Of a stretch of 64,000 bases of DNA, positions 27,491 through 37,009 are shown in pieces. The notes beneath the pieces are model-generated. The model saw only the letters and a program-made list of their open reading frames with translations, searched no databases and was not told the origin of the DNA. The stretch is taken from positions 6,610 to 70,609 of the forward strand of contig JANQNP010000118.1 in NCBI GenBank assembly GCA_028279505.1. The letters run 5' to 3'. Each line of letters starts with the position of its first letter. Position 1 is the first letter of the stretch. A program made the position numbers and the translations under genes. This DNA is from Dehalococcoidia bacterium. GTDB taxonomy: Bacteria > Chloroflexota > Dehalococcoidia > UBA2979.

Positions 27491-28323
27491 AGGGCGCGGT
27501 AGGCGCCGGAGAGCGTGCCGCGGTCGAACTCGAGCGGCGACTCACCGAGCGCGAACTCGTACAGCGCCGCCTTGAAGATGCCCTCCATCGCCTGCACCGT
27601 CCCGATCGCCAGCGGGATCGTGATCGCGCCGACCACGATGCCGGCCAGCGGCGAAATCGCGAACAACAACGCCGCTGGGAGGAACGCGATCAGCACCGCC
27701 ACGATGTAGACGAAGAAGAACCCGAACGACGACGTGACCTGGCGGCCCCACGTCCGCTGGAACAGCCCGGACGAGCGCTTGATGCCCTCAATCGGTCCGG
27801 TGCCCTCGGCGACCAGGATCGGCACGACGAAGAACGTCATGTAGGCCCAGACCCCGCCGATCAGGCTGATCACGATCTGACCGATGAAGTTGTCCATTCG
27901 GTCGCGCAGCAGCTGCAGCAGCAGACCGACCGTCGCCGAGATCAGCGCCCAGCCGATGATCGCCGGCAGGTGGGCGGCTGCCGCGCGGAGCCCAGAGCGC
28001 ACGTTCGGGTCGCCGCCACGCAGCCGCTCGAGCGCCGCCGCGACCAGCGCGGCGTTGAAGAAGATCACGACGAACGTCGTCGACGCATACAGCGCGACCG
28101 CAAGTACGAGGTCGATCGGTTGCGACTCCTCGGTCGAGCCGCCGGTGGCGGTGTCGAGCCGGTCGATCGACCCGGTCGCGCCGGCGATGCCGAAGAACAG
28201 CGCGATCACGAGTACCACGCCGATTGCGGACATCACGGGGAACAAGATCAGCTCGCGATCCTTCATCAGGACCGACCAGCTCATCTTCATGAGTTCGAAG
28301 GTGTGACCAATAGTTGCGAACAT
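27487..28323 (-). CDS. polytopic membrane protein of unknown function (DUF6159-like)
   Basis: Six or more hydrophobic helices. Start taken at the internal ATG MFATIGHTFE. No catalytic motif. Confidence 0.55.
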   Translation of the reverse strand: MFATIGHTFELMKMSWSVLMKDRELILFPVMSAIGVVLVIALFFGIAGATGSIDRLDTATGGSTEESQPIDLVLAVALYASTTFVVIFFNAALVAAALERLRGGDPNVRSGLRAAAAHLPAIIGWALISATVGLLLQLLRDRMDNFIGQIVISLIGGVWAYMTFFVVPILVAEGTGPIEGIKRSSGLFQRTWGRQVTSSFGFFFVYIVAVLIAFLPAALLFAISPLAGIVVGAITIPLAIGTVQAMEGIFKAALYEFALGESPLEFDRGTLSGAYRAL

Positions 28324-28417
28324 GGAGCCAGTATACGAACGCGGCAACAGGTCGGCGTAACAACTGATCATCAGCTAGGATCATTCGGCGGCGGGGCGTT
28401 CTGACCAGGGAACGCCG

Positions 28418-29527
28418 ATGTTCGAGTTCGATATCACCGAGGATCAGCTCACCGAGACGCTGATCGCCGCCGGCATCGCGGTCGGCGGGATCGTCCTCGC
28501 GTGGTTCGTGGCGCTGCTCTCGCGCCGGATCATCCACTTCTTCACCCATGCGACTGAGACCGAGCTCGACGACGTCATCGCCAACGCCGTCCGAGGATCC
28601 CTGATCGCCTTCCTCGCCGTGCAGGGCGTCTACATCGCCCTCCTCACGCTCTCCTACCTCGAAGATCACCAGGACACGATCCGCCGCGGCTGGGTCGCGA
28701 TCATGCTCTTGCTGATCGTCTTCGCCGCCCGCCGCCTCGTGCTCGACATCCTCGACTGGTTCGCCCACCGCCCCGGCACCGAGGGCTTGCCAGGCCTCGA
28801 CGCCCGCTCGCTGCCGTTCCTGAAGCGGATCCTCAACGTCGTCGTGATCGCGATCGGCTTCCTGCTCGTGCTCGACGCCGTCGGCATCTCGATCAGCCCG
28901 CTACTCGCCGGCCTCGGCATCGGTGGCCTCGCGGTCGCACTTGCGCTGCAGCCGCTGCTCACCAACGTCTTCGCCAGCTCCTACGTCATCACCGACGCCT
29001 CCGTCGCCGTCGGCGACTACATCGAGGTCGACGGCGGTCCCGTCGGGATCGTCGAGGACATCGGTTGGCGGGCCGCCCGCATCCGCACCTTCGACAACAA
29101 CATCGTGCTCGTCCCGAACTCCTCGCTCGCCGAGTCGATCATCACCAACTACGACTCCGCCGATACCCGCGCCGACGCACGCGTCGACTGCGGGATCGCC
29201 TACGAGGAGGACCTCGTTCACGTCGAGACGATCGTCCTCGAGGAGATGAACGACCTGATGGAGAACCTTGAGGTCGTCGACCCCGCGCGGACGCCGCTCT
29301 TCCGCTACGCGGAGTTCGGTGACTCCAACATCAACTTCTTCGTGAAGATGCGCGCGAAGACCTGGTCCGACTCGTTCCTGCTGAAGCACGAGATGATGAA
29401 GCGCATCCACACCCGGCTCACCGCCGAGGGCATCGTCATCAACTACCCGGCGCGCCGCCTGATCATGGAGCCGGACGACGTCGAGGGCTTCGACCGCCTC
29501 GTCGCCGGGCGAACTCCGGCGAGCTAG
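28418..29527 (+). CDS. mechanosensitive ion channel (MscS family)
   Basis: Transmembrane N-terminus, then the conserved MscS pore and beta domain (GLGIGGLAVALALQPLLTNVFASSYVITDASVAVGDYIEVDG ... FDNNIVLVPNS). Confidence 0.85.
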   Translation: MFEFDITEDQLTETLIAAGIAVGGIVLAWFVALLSRRIIHFFTHATETELDDVIANAVRGSLIAFLAVQGVYIALLTLSYLEDHQDTIRRGWVAIMLLLIVFAARRLVLDILDWFAHRPGTEGLPGLDARSLPFLKRILNVVVIAIGFLLVLDAVGISISPLLAGLGIGGLAVALALQPLLTNVFASSYVITDASVAVGDYIEVDGGPVGIVEDIGWRAARIRTFDNNIVLVPNSSLAESIITNYDSADTRADARVDCGIAYEEDLVHVETIVLEEMNDLMENLEVVDPARTPLFRYAEFGDSNINFFVKMRAKTWSDSFLLKHEMMKRIHTRLTAEGIVINYPARRLIMEPDDVEGFDRLVAGRTPAS

Positions 29528-31317
29528 CGGGTGTCCCGAGGCGCCGCGTCCCCGCTGACCGGCGTGGCCGTCGCCGTCGCACCGTCCCCGGCCACCACCG
29601 TCGGCGTCACCACATCCGAGGCCGCTCGCGTCGCCGTCGCCGTCGGCTCGACCGGAGCGTCCGTCGCGTCACCATCCTCGCGAGGCGCATCCGAGACGCC
29701 GAGCTGTGCGCGCACGAACGCGACGAAGCTCGGCTCGCCGATCTCCTCGAGCGCCGTCGCGAACCGTCGCCGCAACTCGTCGTTCGACTGCAGCCGCTGA
29801 CGCAGCAGCGCCCAGCGCGCGTCCTCGCGCTCGAACGACTCGAGGAGCGCGCGCAGCGCCGTCGCCCGCTCAGGCGGATCGAGCCGCAACGCCGCGAGCA
29901 GGTCATCTCGAGGGCCGTCGTCACTCGATGGTCGCGTCGCCTCGGGTGACGCGGACGGGCGCACCGCGTCGCTCGGCCGCACCGGCGCAGCGGCCGCGCG
30001 CTGATCGGAGACGGCGATCGCGTCGGTCGTGCGAGGCGTGTCGACGATCCGCTCGTCGGTCGCGGCGTCGGTCGGCACCGGCTCGCGGTCCACGAGCTCG
30101 ATGCTCACGATGCCGCCGTCGATGCCGATGTCGATCCGGACCGTCATCGTCGCCAGTGTCGGCGGGAGCTCGACCGTCCTCGGCCGCCCGTCGGTCACCA
30201 GCGTCGCCGAACCACCGGTTCGAGGGCCCTCGATCCGCCGCAGCACTAGCGCGTAGCGCCCGGGCGCGACGTCGTAGAAGCGCAGAATCTGCGGGCCGTC
30301 GCCGGGATTCGTCGTGCTCACGCCCGGGATCTGCTGGTACGTCACACCGTTTGGCAGCGCGCCGGTTGCCGCCCCGTTGCTCGCCCGCAGCGACGCCACG
30401 AACGGCCCGTCGACGCGCAATGTCGAGGGTGCGTCGGTCGTCACGTGCGGCAGCGAGTCGACGATGCGTTGTTCGATCGCCCGGAGCACCCGGCCGGGTT
30501 CGACCATCGCCCGGTCGTCGCCGGCGGCGACCTCCACGAGGCCGGATGCGGTCACTACCGAGGTCACGCCGCTGATCACCGCGGTCTCGAAGGTCGTCCC
30601 GTGCGCTTCGATCACCGCGTCCGCCGTGCGCACGACGTAGGTCGCCGGCGCGCCGCCTGGCGCGACGTCGTTCCACACCCGGCCAGAGAGCTGCTCCAGC
30701 GTGATCTGGCGCGTCTCGCCGGTCGCGATCGTTTCGAGGATCACCTCGGTGGTTGGGTCGAGCGCGGCGGTCGAACCGTCCGCGAACGTGACGAGCGCCA
30801 TCCCGTCGCCCCCGGTCCGTAGCCGGTCGCCCTCGCCGAGCGTCGTGCCATCGTCCACCGGTTGCCACTCGCCGTCCTCGAGGCGTTCGACACCCCCGCT
30901 GAACACCGTCAGCGTCGAGGCGCTCGCGGTGTCGCCGCCGCTGCTCAGCACGAAGAACAGCGCCACGACGGCGATCGCCGCCGCGGGTGCGGCCACCGCG
31001 GCGAGCCGCGGGAAGGCGGACGTCAACGCGCCGAGCCAGCCGCCGCCCCGCTCGGTGGTGACCGCCGCGGGCTGCTGGGGCGTCGAGGCGATCGCCTCCA
31101 TGAACGCGGCGCGACGCTCCGGGTCCGGCGAGCGCTCCGGGACCGCCGGCAGCTCGCGCATCGCCATCGCGACCTCCAGCAACGGCGCGAGGGCGTCCCG
31201 CTGCTCCGGCCAGTTGTCGAGCGCCTGCTCGACGGTCAGCCGCCCCGCCGCGATCTCGTCGACGCACTGGTCGACGATCTCCTCCAGCGGCACGCTGGCC
31301 GTGCGGTCGCCGCTCAT
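29524..31317 (-). CDS. anti-sigma factor (single transmembrane helix, FecR-like periplasmic domain, long low-complexity C-terminus)
   Basis: Overlaps the ECF sigma gene by 4 nt. One transmembrane helix (AAVAAPAAAIAVVALFFVL), then a FecR-type beta-domain (GDRLRTGGDGMALVTFADGSTAAL). An alternative-frame 468-aa ORF over the same region was rejected. Confidence 0.7.
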   Translation of the reverse strand: MSGDRTASVPLEEIVDQCVDEIAAGRLTVEQALDNWPEQRDALAPLLEVAMAMRELPAVPERSPDPERRAAFMEAIASTPQQPAAVTTERGGGWLGALTSAFPRLAAVAAPAAAIAVVALFFVLSSGGDTASASTLTVFSGGVERLEDGEWQPVDDGTTLGEGDRLRTGGDGMALVTFADGSTAALDPTTEVILETIATGETRQITLEQLSGRVWNDVAPGGAPATYVVRTADAVIEAHGTTFETAVISGVTSVVTASGLVEVAAGDDRAMVEPGRVLRAIEQRIVDSLPHVTTDAPSTLRVDGPFVASLRASNGAATGALPNGVTYQQIPGVSTTNPGDGPQILRFYDVAPGRYALVLRRIEGPRTGGSATLVTDGRPRTVELPPTLATMTVRIDIGIDGGIVSIELVDREPVPTDAATDERIVDTPRTTDAIAVSDQRAAAAPVRPSDAVRPSASPEATRPSSDDGPRDDLLAALRLDPPERATALRALLESFEREDARWALLRQRLQSNDELRRRFATALEEIGEPSFVAFVRAQLGVSDAPREDGDATDAPVEPTATATRAASDVVTPTVVAGDGATATATPVSGDAAPRDTR

Positions 31318-31919
31318 GGCAGACCACCCGTCAGCTCGATCTCCCGCCGCAGCGCCTGCAGCGCGCGCATCTGGAGGCCACGCACGGTCACCTCCTTGCG
31401 GTCCATGATCTCGCCGACCTCGCGCGCGGACTTCTCGAGGAGGAAGCGCAGCACCAGCACCTGCCGGTGATCCTCGGACAGCCGATCGAGCGCCGCGCGG
31501 AGGTGGCTGTGTACCTCCTGCACCAGCACGCGCTGTTCGGCCTCCGGCTCCTCGGGTAGGTCGACGCCCTCGAGGTCCGTCGTGACGCGGCGCGTGCGGT
31601 GGTGGTCGACCATCTGGTTGTGGGCCATCCGATAGAGCCAGGCCTTGAACGGCACCCCACGGTCCTCGTAGCGAGGGATCGCCTGCCAGGCCTTGAGGAA
31701 GACCTGCTGCGCCAGGTCTTCCGCGGTGTCCGGGTTCCCGACGCGGTAGGTCAGGTAGCGGACGATCTCCGCCAGGAATCGGTCGTAGAGCAGCCCGAAG
31801 GCGTTGGCGTCACCTTTCTGTGAGCGGACGACCAGCGCCCGCACCTCAAGCTCCGGATCCACCGCCTCCGCGGCCGGATCCGCCGGCGTCGTGCCCCGCT
31901 CGGCGCTCACTTGATGCAA
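31314..31919 (-). CDS. RNA polymerase ECF (sigma-70 family group IV) sigma factor
   Basis: Region 2 (DLAQQVFLKAWQAIPRY) and region 4 (LRFLLEKSAREVGEIMD). The annotated start is a TTG; alternative GTG starts lie at 31910 or 31862. Confidence 0.85.
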   Translation of the reverse strand: MHQVSAERGTTPADPAAEAVDPELEVRALVVRSQKGDANAFGLLYDRFLAEIVRYLTYRVGNPDTAEDLAQQVFLKAWQAIPRYEDRGVPFKAWLYRMAHNQMVDHHRTRRVTTDLEGVDLPEEPEAEQRVLVQEVHSHLRAALDRLSEDHRQVLVLRFLLEKSAREVGEIMDRKEVTVRGLQMRALQALRREIELTGGLP

Positions 31920-31942
31920 CGAATTCGCCCGCTGTCCGTTCG
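31918..31942 (-). promoter_or_regulatory. candidate ECF-type autoregulatory promoter (-35 CGAAC, 16-nt spacer, -10 CGTT)
   Basis: On the minus strand: CGAAC (plus-strand 31938-31942), a 16-nt spacer, then CGTT (plus-strand 31918-31921). This sits directly at the 5' end of the sigma gene, which implies a leaderless or short-leader mRNA. Confidence 0.3.
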
Positions 31943-32123
31943 TGTTCGACGATTCGACCTCGATCCACCTTCAGCGGCGGCCGGATCCGCGGCAATCGGG
32001 TTCACACCGACGCCAACTCCTACAACGAGCGAAAGTGGATTTCGTTTGCCGAGATCCCGACGATCCGGGTGGCGGGACGGCCCCGATGTGGTCGCATCGG
32101 CGGTTTCGTAGAGTGGATCGGGC

Positions 32124-33563
32124 ATGGCACTAGGGCCTGAATTCGACCAACCCGCCGGGTCGGGGCTGAAACGCGTCGATCAAGCGATTGATCGCGGGCA
32201 GTCACGCGTCTTTCGTGTGCTCTGGTTCATGGTTCCGTCAGGTTCGATCGCCCGGAACCCCAATTTCCAGGCGCTCCTCGCCTCCCGCTTTCTGAGCGAC
32301 CTCGCCCTCCAGGCGCTCCTCTTCGGCGTGCTGATCGCATCCGTCCGAGGCGGCGGCGACGCCCTTGAGGCGGCGATCATCGGCGTCGCCTACCTGCTGC
32401 CCGGCGTCGTGCTCGGTCTCTTCGGCGGCGCCGTCGCGGACGCGCTCCCCAAGCGCTTCGCCCTCGTCGTCGCCTACCTCGTGATGGGCGTGCTCTGCTT
32501 CTCGCTGCCGCTCGCCCTCGGCTTCGAGCTGCGCGGCATGATCGCGGTGCTGTTCGCCGTCCGCGTCCTCCACCAGGTGTCCCAACCCTCGGAGGCCTCC
32601 GCCGTCCCGCTGGTCGCCACCCACGACGAGCTCGCCTCCGCCAACTCATTCCTATCGCTGGCCTCTTCCGCCGGCGAGGTGGTCGGCAAGGCCCTCCTCG
32701 CCCCCTTGCTCGTGCGCGCGTTCGACATCGAACCGCTGGTGATCCTCGCCGGCGCGCTGTTCATCCTCTCCGCCACCCGGGCGTTCCGCTTCCGCGTCGA
32801 ACCCGACGCGATCCAGGTGAACGACGTCGACGAGTACGGCTTCGACCGCGAGCCCGAACCCACCCAACGGGTACCGAAGACCTCGACGCGTCAGGCGCTG
32901 CGCTGGTTGGTGAATGAGCCGGCCGCGTTCTGGATGCTCATGCTCGCCGCGATGGCGAGCACTACCGGCGTCGTCCTGGGCGTGCTTGGGCCGCGCTACG
33001 TCTTCGCGGTGCTCGACGTCCCGCCCGAAAACACCTTCTACGTCTTCGCCCCGGCGTCGCTCGGCCTGATCGCTGCGCTCGTGCTCGCACCGATCCTGAT
33101 CAAGATCTTCAAGGAGCGGCTCATCGCCGCGCTCGGATTCCTGCTTGTCGCCGCGGGGATGGCCGCCCTCGGCATGATCGAGACCACTACGGACCTACTG
33201 GCCGGCCGCGTCCTGCTCATCGACATCCCCGGTGTCGGCGAGCAGGTGGAGATGGCCGCCGCCATCTCCCTGCTGCTCGGGACCGGCATGACCCTCGCTG
33301 CCGCCGCGACCATGACCTACATCGGCAAGTACGTCCCCAGCGAGGTCCACGGCCGGATCTTCGCGCTCCTCGGCGCGATGAAGGACGGCCTCTCCATCCC
33401 CGTGCTGCTACTGATGGGCGCCGTCGCCGGGTTCGTCGGCGTCGACAACGTCCTTCTGGTCTCCCCGCTCGTCCTGATCGCGATCGCCTTCACCGTCGAC
33501 GCCTACCTCGGCCGCTGGCGCACCCCGAAGCAGGTTGGCGGCCCGATCATCGACCGCATCTAG
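32124..33563 (+). CDS. MFS transporter
   Basis: 12 or more predicted transmembrane helices with an MFS-like GxLaDrxGrR region (GGAVADALPKRF). Confidence 0.75.
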   Translation: MALGPEFDQPAGSGLKRVDQAIDRGQSRVFRVLWFMVPSGSIARNPNFQALLASRFLSDLALQALLFGVLIASVRGGGDALEAAIIGVAYLLPGVVLGLFGGAVADALPKRFALVVAYLVMGVLCFSLPLALGFELRGMIAVLFAVRVLHQVSQPSEASAVPLVATHDELASANSFLSLASSAGEVVGKALLAPLLVRAFDIEPLVILAGALFILSATRAFRFRVEPDAIQVNDVDEYGFDREPEPTQRVPKTSTRQALRWLVNEPAAFWMLMLAAMASTTGVVLGVLGPRYVFAVLDVPPENTFYVFAPASLGLIAALVLAPILIKIFKERLIAALGFLLVAAGMAALGMIETTTDLLAGRVLLIDIPGVGEQVEMAAAISLLLGTGMTLAAAATMTYIGKYVPSEVHGRIFALLGAMKDGLSIPVLLLMGAVAGFVGVDNVLLVSPLVLIAIAFTVDAYLGRWRTPKQVGGPIIDRI

Positions 33564-33693
33564 CGGCTAGAGGCGCGACTCCCGAGGCGTCACCCCCGCC
33601 CGGCGAACCTCGACGGCCCACGGGCCATCGCCAGTGGAACCGCGCCCGAGATCCGACCCCACGAGGGATCACGCACCGAAGCCGCGCGAAGAG

Positions 33694-33752
33694 CCCGGAA
33701 CGATCTCAAGCTGCCCGGAACGGTCAGAAGCGGGGTCGAAGACCCCCCTTAG
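33694..33752. repeat. intergenic element with GAA-loop palindrome (copy 3, with a duplicated 5' motif), between convergent MFS and argC genes
   Basis: CCCGGAACGATC ... CCCGGAACGGTCAGAAGC followed by the perfect palindrome GGGGTCGAAGACCCC, abutting the argC stop. Confidence 0.45.
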
Positions 33753-34807
33753 GGGTAGAGGGGGGTGCGGTCGAGGCCGGCTGTTTGGGCGCTCCCGAAC
33801 ATCAGGTTCAGGTTCTGCATCGCCGAGCCGCTCTGGCCCTTCATCAGGTTGTCGATCGACGACATCACCACCGCGCGGTTGCCCTCGACGAACACCGAGA
33901 TGTCGCAGTAGTTCGAGCCCAGCGTCCCCTTGAGGGTGGGCGGCGTATCGAGGACCCGCACGAACGGCGCGTCCGCGAAGTACTCGCGGTACCGCTCGAG
34001 GAGCCCCTCCCGCGACGCCGACTGCGTCAGCCGCAGATGCATCGTGTTCAGGATGCCCCGCGTCGTTCCGAGGAGGTGCGGGATGAAGTCAACCTGTGCA
34101 CCGTTCGCCTTCCCGAGGCGGCCCAACGTCAGATCCGCTTCGACCACGTGCTGATGCGACAGCACGCGGTACGGGATCACGTTGTCGTTCAAGTGCGACA
34201 GGTGCTGCAGCGGCGCCGGCTTCTTGCCGGCGCCGGACGACCCCGTCAGGCCGTCTACCGCCACGATTCCCTCGTCGCCGACGAGCCCGTCCTGGAAGAG
34301 CGGCGCCAGTCCGAGGATGATCCCCACCGCGAAACAGCCGGGGTTCCCGACGATCGGCGCAGCCGCGACGCCCTCCGGGTTCAGCTCGGACACGCCGTAC
34401 GCGGCGCGGCCGAGCAGCGCCTCCGCGCCGTGCGCCTCGTCGGCGATCGAGGGGTGGCGAGCCGCGTACTTCGCGTAGTCATCCGTCGAGGCGAAGCGGA
34501 AGTCCCCCGAGTAGTCGATGAACCGCATCCCGGCGTCTGCCAGCGCGGCCGCGTACCCCTGTGAAACGCCGTCGGGCGTCGAAAAGACCACGACGTCGCA
34601 GTTTGTCCCCACCGGCGTCGTCTCGACCGAGTCGACCGTCAGGTCGGTGCGGCCGTGGAGGTGCGGGTAGACCTCGTCGATCCGACGGCCGGCCTCGTCG
34701 CGGGCGATGAGGCTCGTCACCTCGAAGTCCGGGTGGGCCAGGAGCAGCTCGAGGATGCCGAGGCCGCCGTAGCCGGTCGCACCCACGATCTGTACTCGGT
34801 GAGCCAT
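33749..34807 (-). CDS. argC: N-acetyl-gamma-glutamyl-phosphate reductase (ArgC/LysY family)
   Basis: N-terminal [14 protein letters not shown](P)-binding motif and active-site Cys context [12 protein letters not shown] at 34807. No other arg genes are adjacent. Confidence 0.85.
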   Translation of the reverse strand: MAHRVQIVGATGYGGLGILELLLAHPDFEVTSLIARDEAGRRIDEVYPHLHGRTDLTVDSVETTPVGTNCDVVVFSTPDGVSQGYAAALADAGMRFIDYSGDFRFASTDDYAKYAARHPSIADEAHGAEALLGRAAYGVSELNPEGVAAAPIVGNPGCFAVGIILGLAPLFQDGLVGDEGIVAVDGLTGSSGAGKKPAPLQHLSHLNDNVIPYRVLSHQHVVEADLTLGRLGKANGAQVDFIPHLLGTTRGILNTMHLRLTQSASREGLLERYREYFADAPFVRVLDTPPTLKGTLGSNYCDISVFVEGNRAVVMSSIDNLMKGQSGSAMQNLNLMFGSAQTAGLDRTPLYP

Positions 34808-34904
34808 CTGTCTCTCCTCGACCGTGATTAGAGGGGGCCACAGGATAGGTCCGGCCTCCACGCTGTGGAAGCTGGGATCGACCCGATCGCGGTACCGTCG
34901 GCCG

Positions 34905-35474
34905 ATGGCGAACGCCCCGGCGAATCCCGACTGGACCGAGTTCCTCCGGCTGAACGATCAGCCGCTGCTCGCCCAGTGCGACCAGGACCGCTTCCGCGCG
35001 AGCGGGCCCGGCGGGCAGAAGCGGAACAAGACCGACTCCGCGGTCCGGCTCCGCCACCGCCCGACCGGGCTCAGCGCCGAGGCGGTCGAGTCCCGTTCGC
35101 AGCACGAGAACCGCGCCCGCGCCCTCCGCCGGCTCCGCCTCGAGATCGCCCTGCACGCCCGCGCGCCCGTCGCTTCCGAGGCCCTCGGACCCACTGAGGC
35201 CCCTGAACCGCCCGAGGAGCTCGCCGACGCGCTCCGCGTCGGCAAGGGACGTGGCATCTCGATGGGCCGCCGTGACGCGCGCTACCCCGCCACCGTCGCC
35301 GCGATCTTCGATCGCCTCGCCGCCTGCGGCTGGGAGATCGGCACCGCCGCGAGCGCGCTCGGCGTTTCCACCTCCGCGCTCGGGCGGTTCCTCGAAGGCG
35401 ACCCGGCTGTCTGGCGCGCCGTGCAACAGCAGCGACAGGCAGCCGGCCTGTCCCCACTGCGAGCGCGCGGCTAG
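34905..35474 (+). CDS. ArfB-like peptidyl-tRNA hydrolase domain protein (RF-1 domain with GGQ) with an HTH-like C-terminal extension
   Basis: GGQ motif context [21 protein letters not shown] (PF00472-like). The C-terminus carries [22 protein letters not shown], which resembles a helix-turn-helix, rather than the basic tail of canonical ArfB. Confidence 0.7.
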   Translation: MANAPANPDWTEFLRLNDQPLLAQCDQDRFRASGPGGQKRNKTDSAVRLRHRPTGLSAEAVESRSQHENRARALRRLRLEIALHARAPVASEALGPTEAPEPPEELADALRVGKGRGISMGRRDARYPATVAAIFDRLAACGWEIGTAASALGVSTSALGRFLEGDPAVWRAVQQQRQAAGLSPLRARG

Positions 35475-35495
35475 ACTGCGCGCGGCTCGGCCGCG

Positions 35496-35930
35496 CTAGT
35501 CACTCGACGCGGCCCACGGGTCGTAGGTCCCGAAGTTCCAGACGAAGCCCTCGGGATCGGCGCACGTGTAGCCGCGCCCGCCGTAGTCCTCCGTCACGAT
35601 CTCGCGCAGGATCTCCGCGCCGGCGGCCTTCGCGCGCTCGTAGTGGGCGTCTGCATCGTCGACGACGATGTACGGCGCGCTGGTGTTCCGTCCGTCGAGC
35701 TCGCGAGGCTGTGCGGTGAACTGGTCGTACTCGCTGTTCGGGTCGTCGGTGGTGCTTCCCAGCATCACCATCCCGCCGGCGAAGGTGAGTTCGGCGTGTT
35801 CGACTCGGCCGCCGTCACCCTCGTAGACGGCCTGCCGCTCAAACCCAAAGGCGTTGCACAGCCAATCGACCGCGTCGGCTGCGCGGTCGTAGCGCATGGT
35901 GTGGACGAGTCGGGGTCGCTGATCGGTCAT
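35496..35930 (-). CDS. VOC-family protein (glyoxalase/bleomycin-resistance fold)
   Basis: Paired beta-alpha-beta-beta-beta modules. 144 aa. Confidence 0.72.
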   Translation of the reverse strand: MTDQRPRLVHTMRYDRAADAVDWLCNAFGFERQAVYEGDGGRVEHAELTFAGGMVMLGSTTDDPNSEYDQFTAQPRELDGRNTSAPYIVVDDADAHYERAKAAGAEILREIVTEDYGGRGYTCADPEGFVWNFGTYDPWAASSD

Positions 35931-35979
35931 CGCGTGGTCCTCTCGAGCGTCGAGTTTGCGTGGGGATCAGCGTCTCGAT

Positions 35980-36849
35980 TCAGTCGCGCCCGGGATTGAA
36001 GATTTGTTCCCCGGGCCCGTCGAGCACATCGTTGATCCCGGCTGGCGTCACGCCGGAGAGATCGACGAAGTCGCGGATCATGTGCGCCTGGTCGGCGTAG
36101 CCGGCCGCTTCGGCGACGCTGATCGCCGGATCACCCGAGGCGAGCAGGTCCCTCGCATGATCGAAGCGGAAGAGGCGCGCCACCGTCTTCGGTGGCAGCC
36201 CGATCTCGGTCCGGAACGCCGAGACGAGCCGCTTCCGCGACCACGCAAGCTGCCCCGTCAGGTCGCCGATGCGCGCCCGCCCGCTCGTTCGCTCGAGCCG
36301 AGACCACGCCCACGCGACCTCCACTGAGACCGGCGCCGTCCGCCGCATCCGAGCCATGAGCACCTCGTCGAGGAGCGCGAATCGGTCGTCCCAGCTCGCG
36401 GCTGCATACAGCTGCTCCGACAGCGCCGCCGCGGCCGGCCCAAGCAACTCACCGAGGTCGAGCGACTGGTTCGCCAGCTCGTCCATCGCGACGCCGAACA
36501 GCCGATGGAAGCCGAGCGGCGTGAAGTCGACCTGCACGCAGCGCTCGGCGCGTCCGCCACTCACGATCGTCGAGCGGTCATGCAGCCCTGCGAGGAACGA
36601 GTCGAGCCGGCGAGCTTCTGCCTCGTCATCCAGTCGTACCGTGTACGGCCCATCAAAGCTGAGGATCATCGGCACGATGGTGCCGGGTAGCTCACGACGG
36701 ATCACATCCGCAGTCGAGCGGGACACGAACCCGCTGTATCCGACGACGCCCGGTCGTAGCCGACGATCTGGCGCGGCAGTCCACATCGCCCAGGAGGAGC
36801 CATTGTCTCGACCGCTCACCCGCCGGATCGCTCGCAGGCGTTCTGCCAT
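35980..36849 (-). CDS. AraC-family transcriptional regulator
   Basis: C-terminal AraC-type HTH pair (ISVAEAAGYADQAHMIRDF...). Divergent from an MFS transporter gene. N-terminal start uncertain. Confidence 0.75.
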   Translation of the reverse strand: MAERLRAIRRVSGRDNGSSWAMWTAAPDRRLRPGVVGYSGFVSRSTADVIRRELPGTIVPMILSFDGPYTVRLDDEAEARRLDSFLAGLHDRSTIVSGGRAERCVQVDFTPLGFHRLFGVAMDELANQSLDLGELLGPAAAALSEQLYAAASWDDRFALLDEVLMARMRRTAPVSVEVAWAWSRLERTSGRARIGDLTGQLAWSRKRLVSAFRTEIGLPPKTVARLFRFDHARDLLASGDPAISVAEAAGYADQAHMIRDFVDLSGVTPAGINDVLDGPGEQIFNPGRD

Positions 36850-37009
36850 CGCTTCGCCCCGTCCGCGCCTGCCGAGTCTAGTCGCGTTACGGGGATGGAA
36901 GGGGCGCGCGGCCCGGCGCGCCGCCGCTCTCCGGCACCATCACACGCGCGATACGGTGATCGCGTGCCTATGATGGCGCCGACCGGCCAACGGTATCCCG
37001 AGGAACCTG

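Noticed and set aside
29921-31327. 468-aa minus-strand ORF in an alternative frame over the anti-sigma factor gene
   Set aside because: Same strand, different frame. Arg/Gly-rich with no transmembrane helix or FecR motif. The 29524-31317 frame gives a coherent anti-sigma architecture coupled to the sigma gene.
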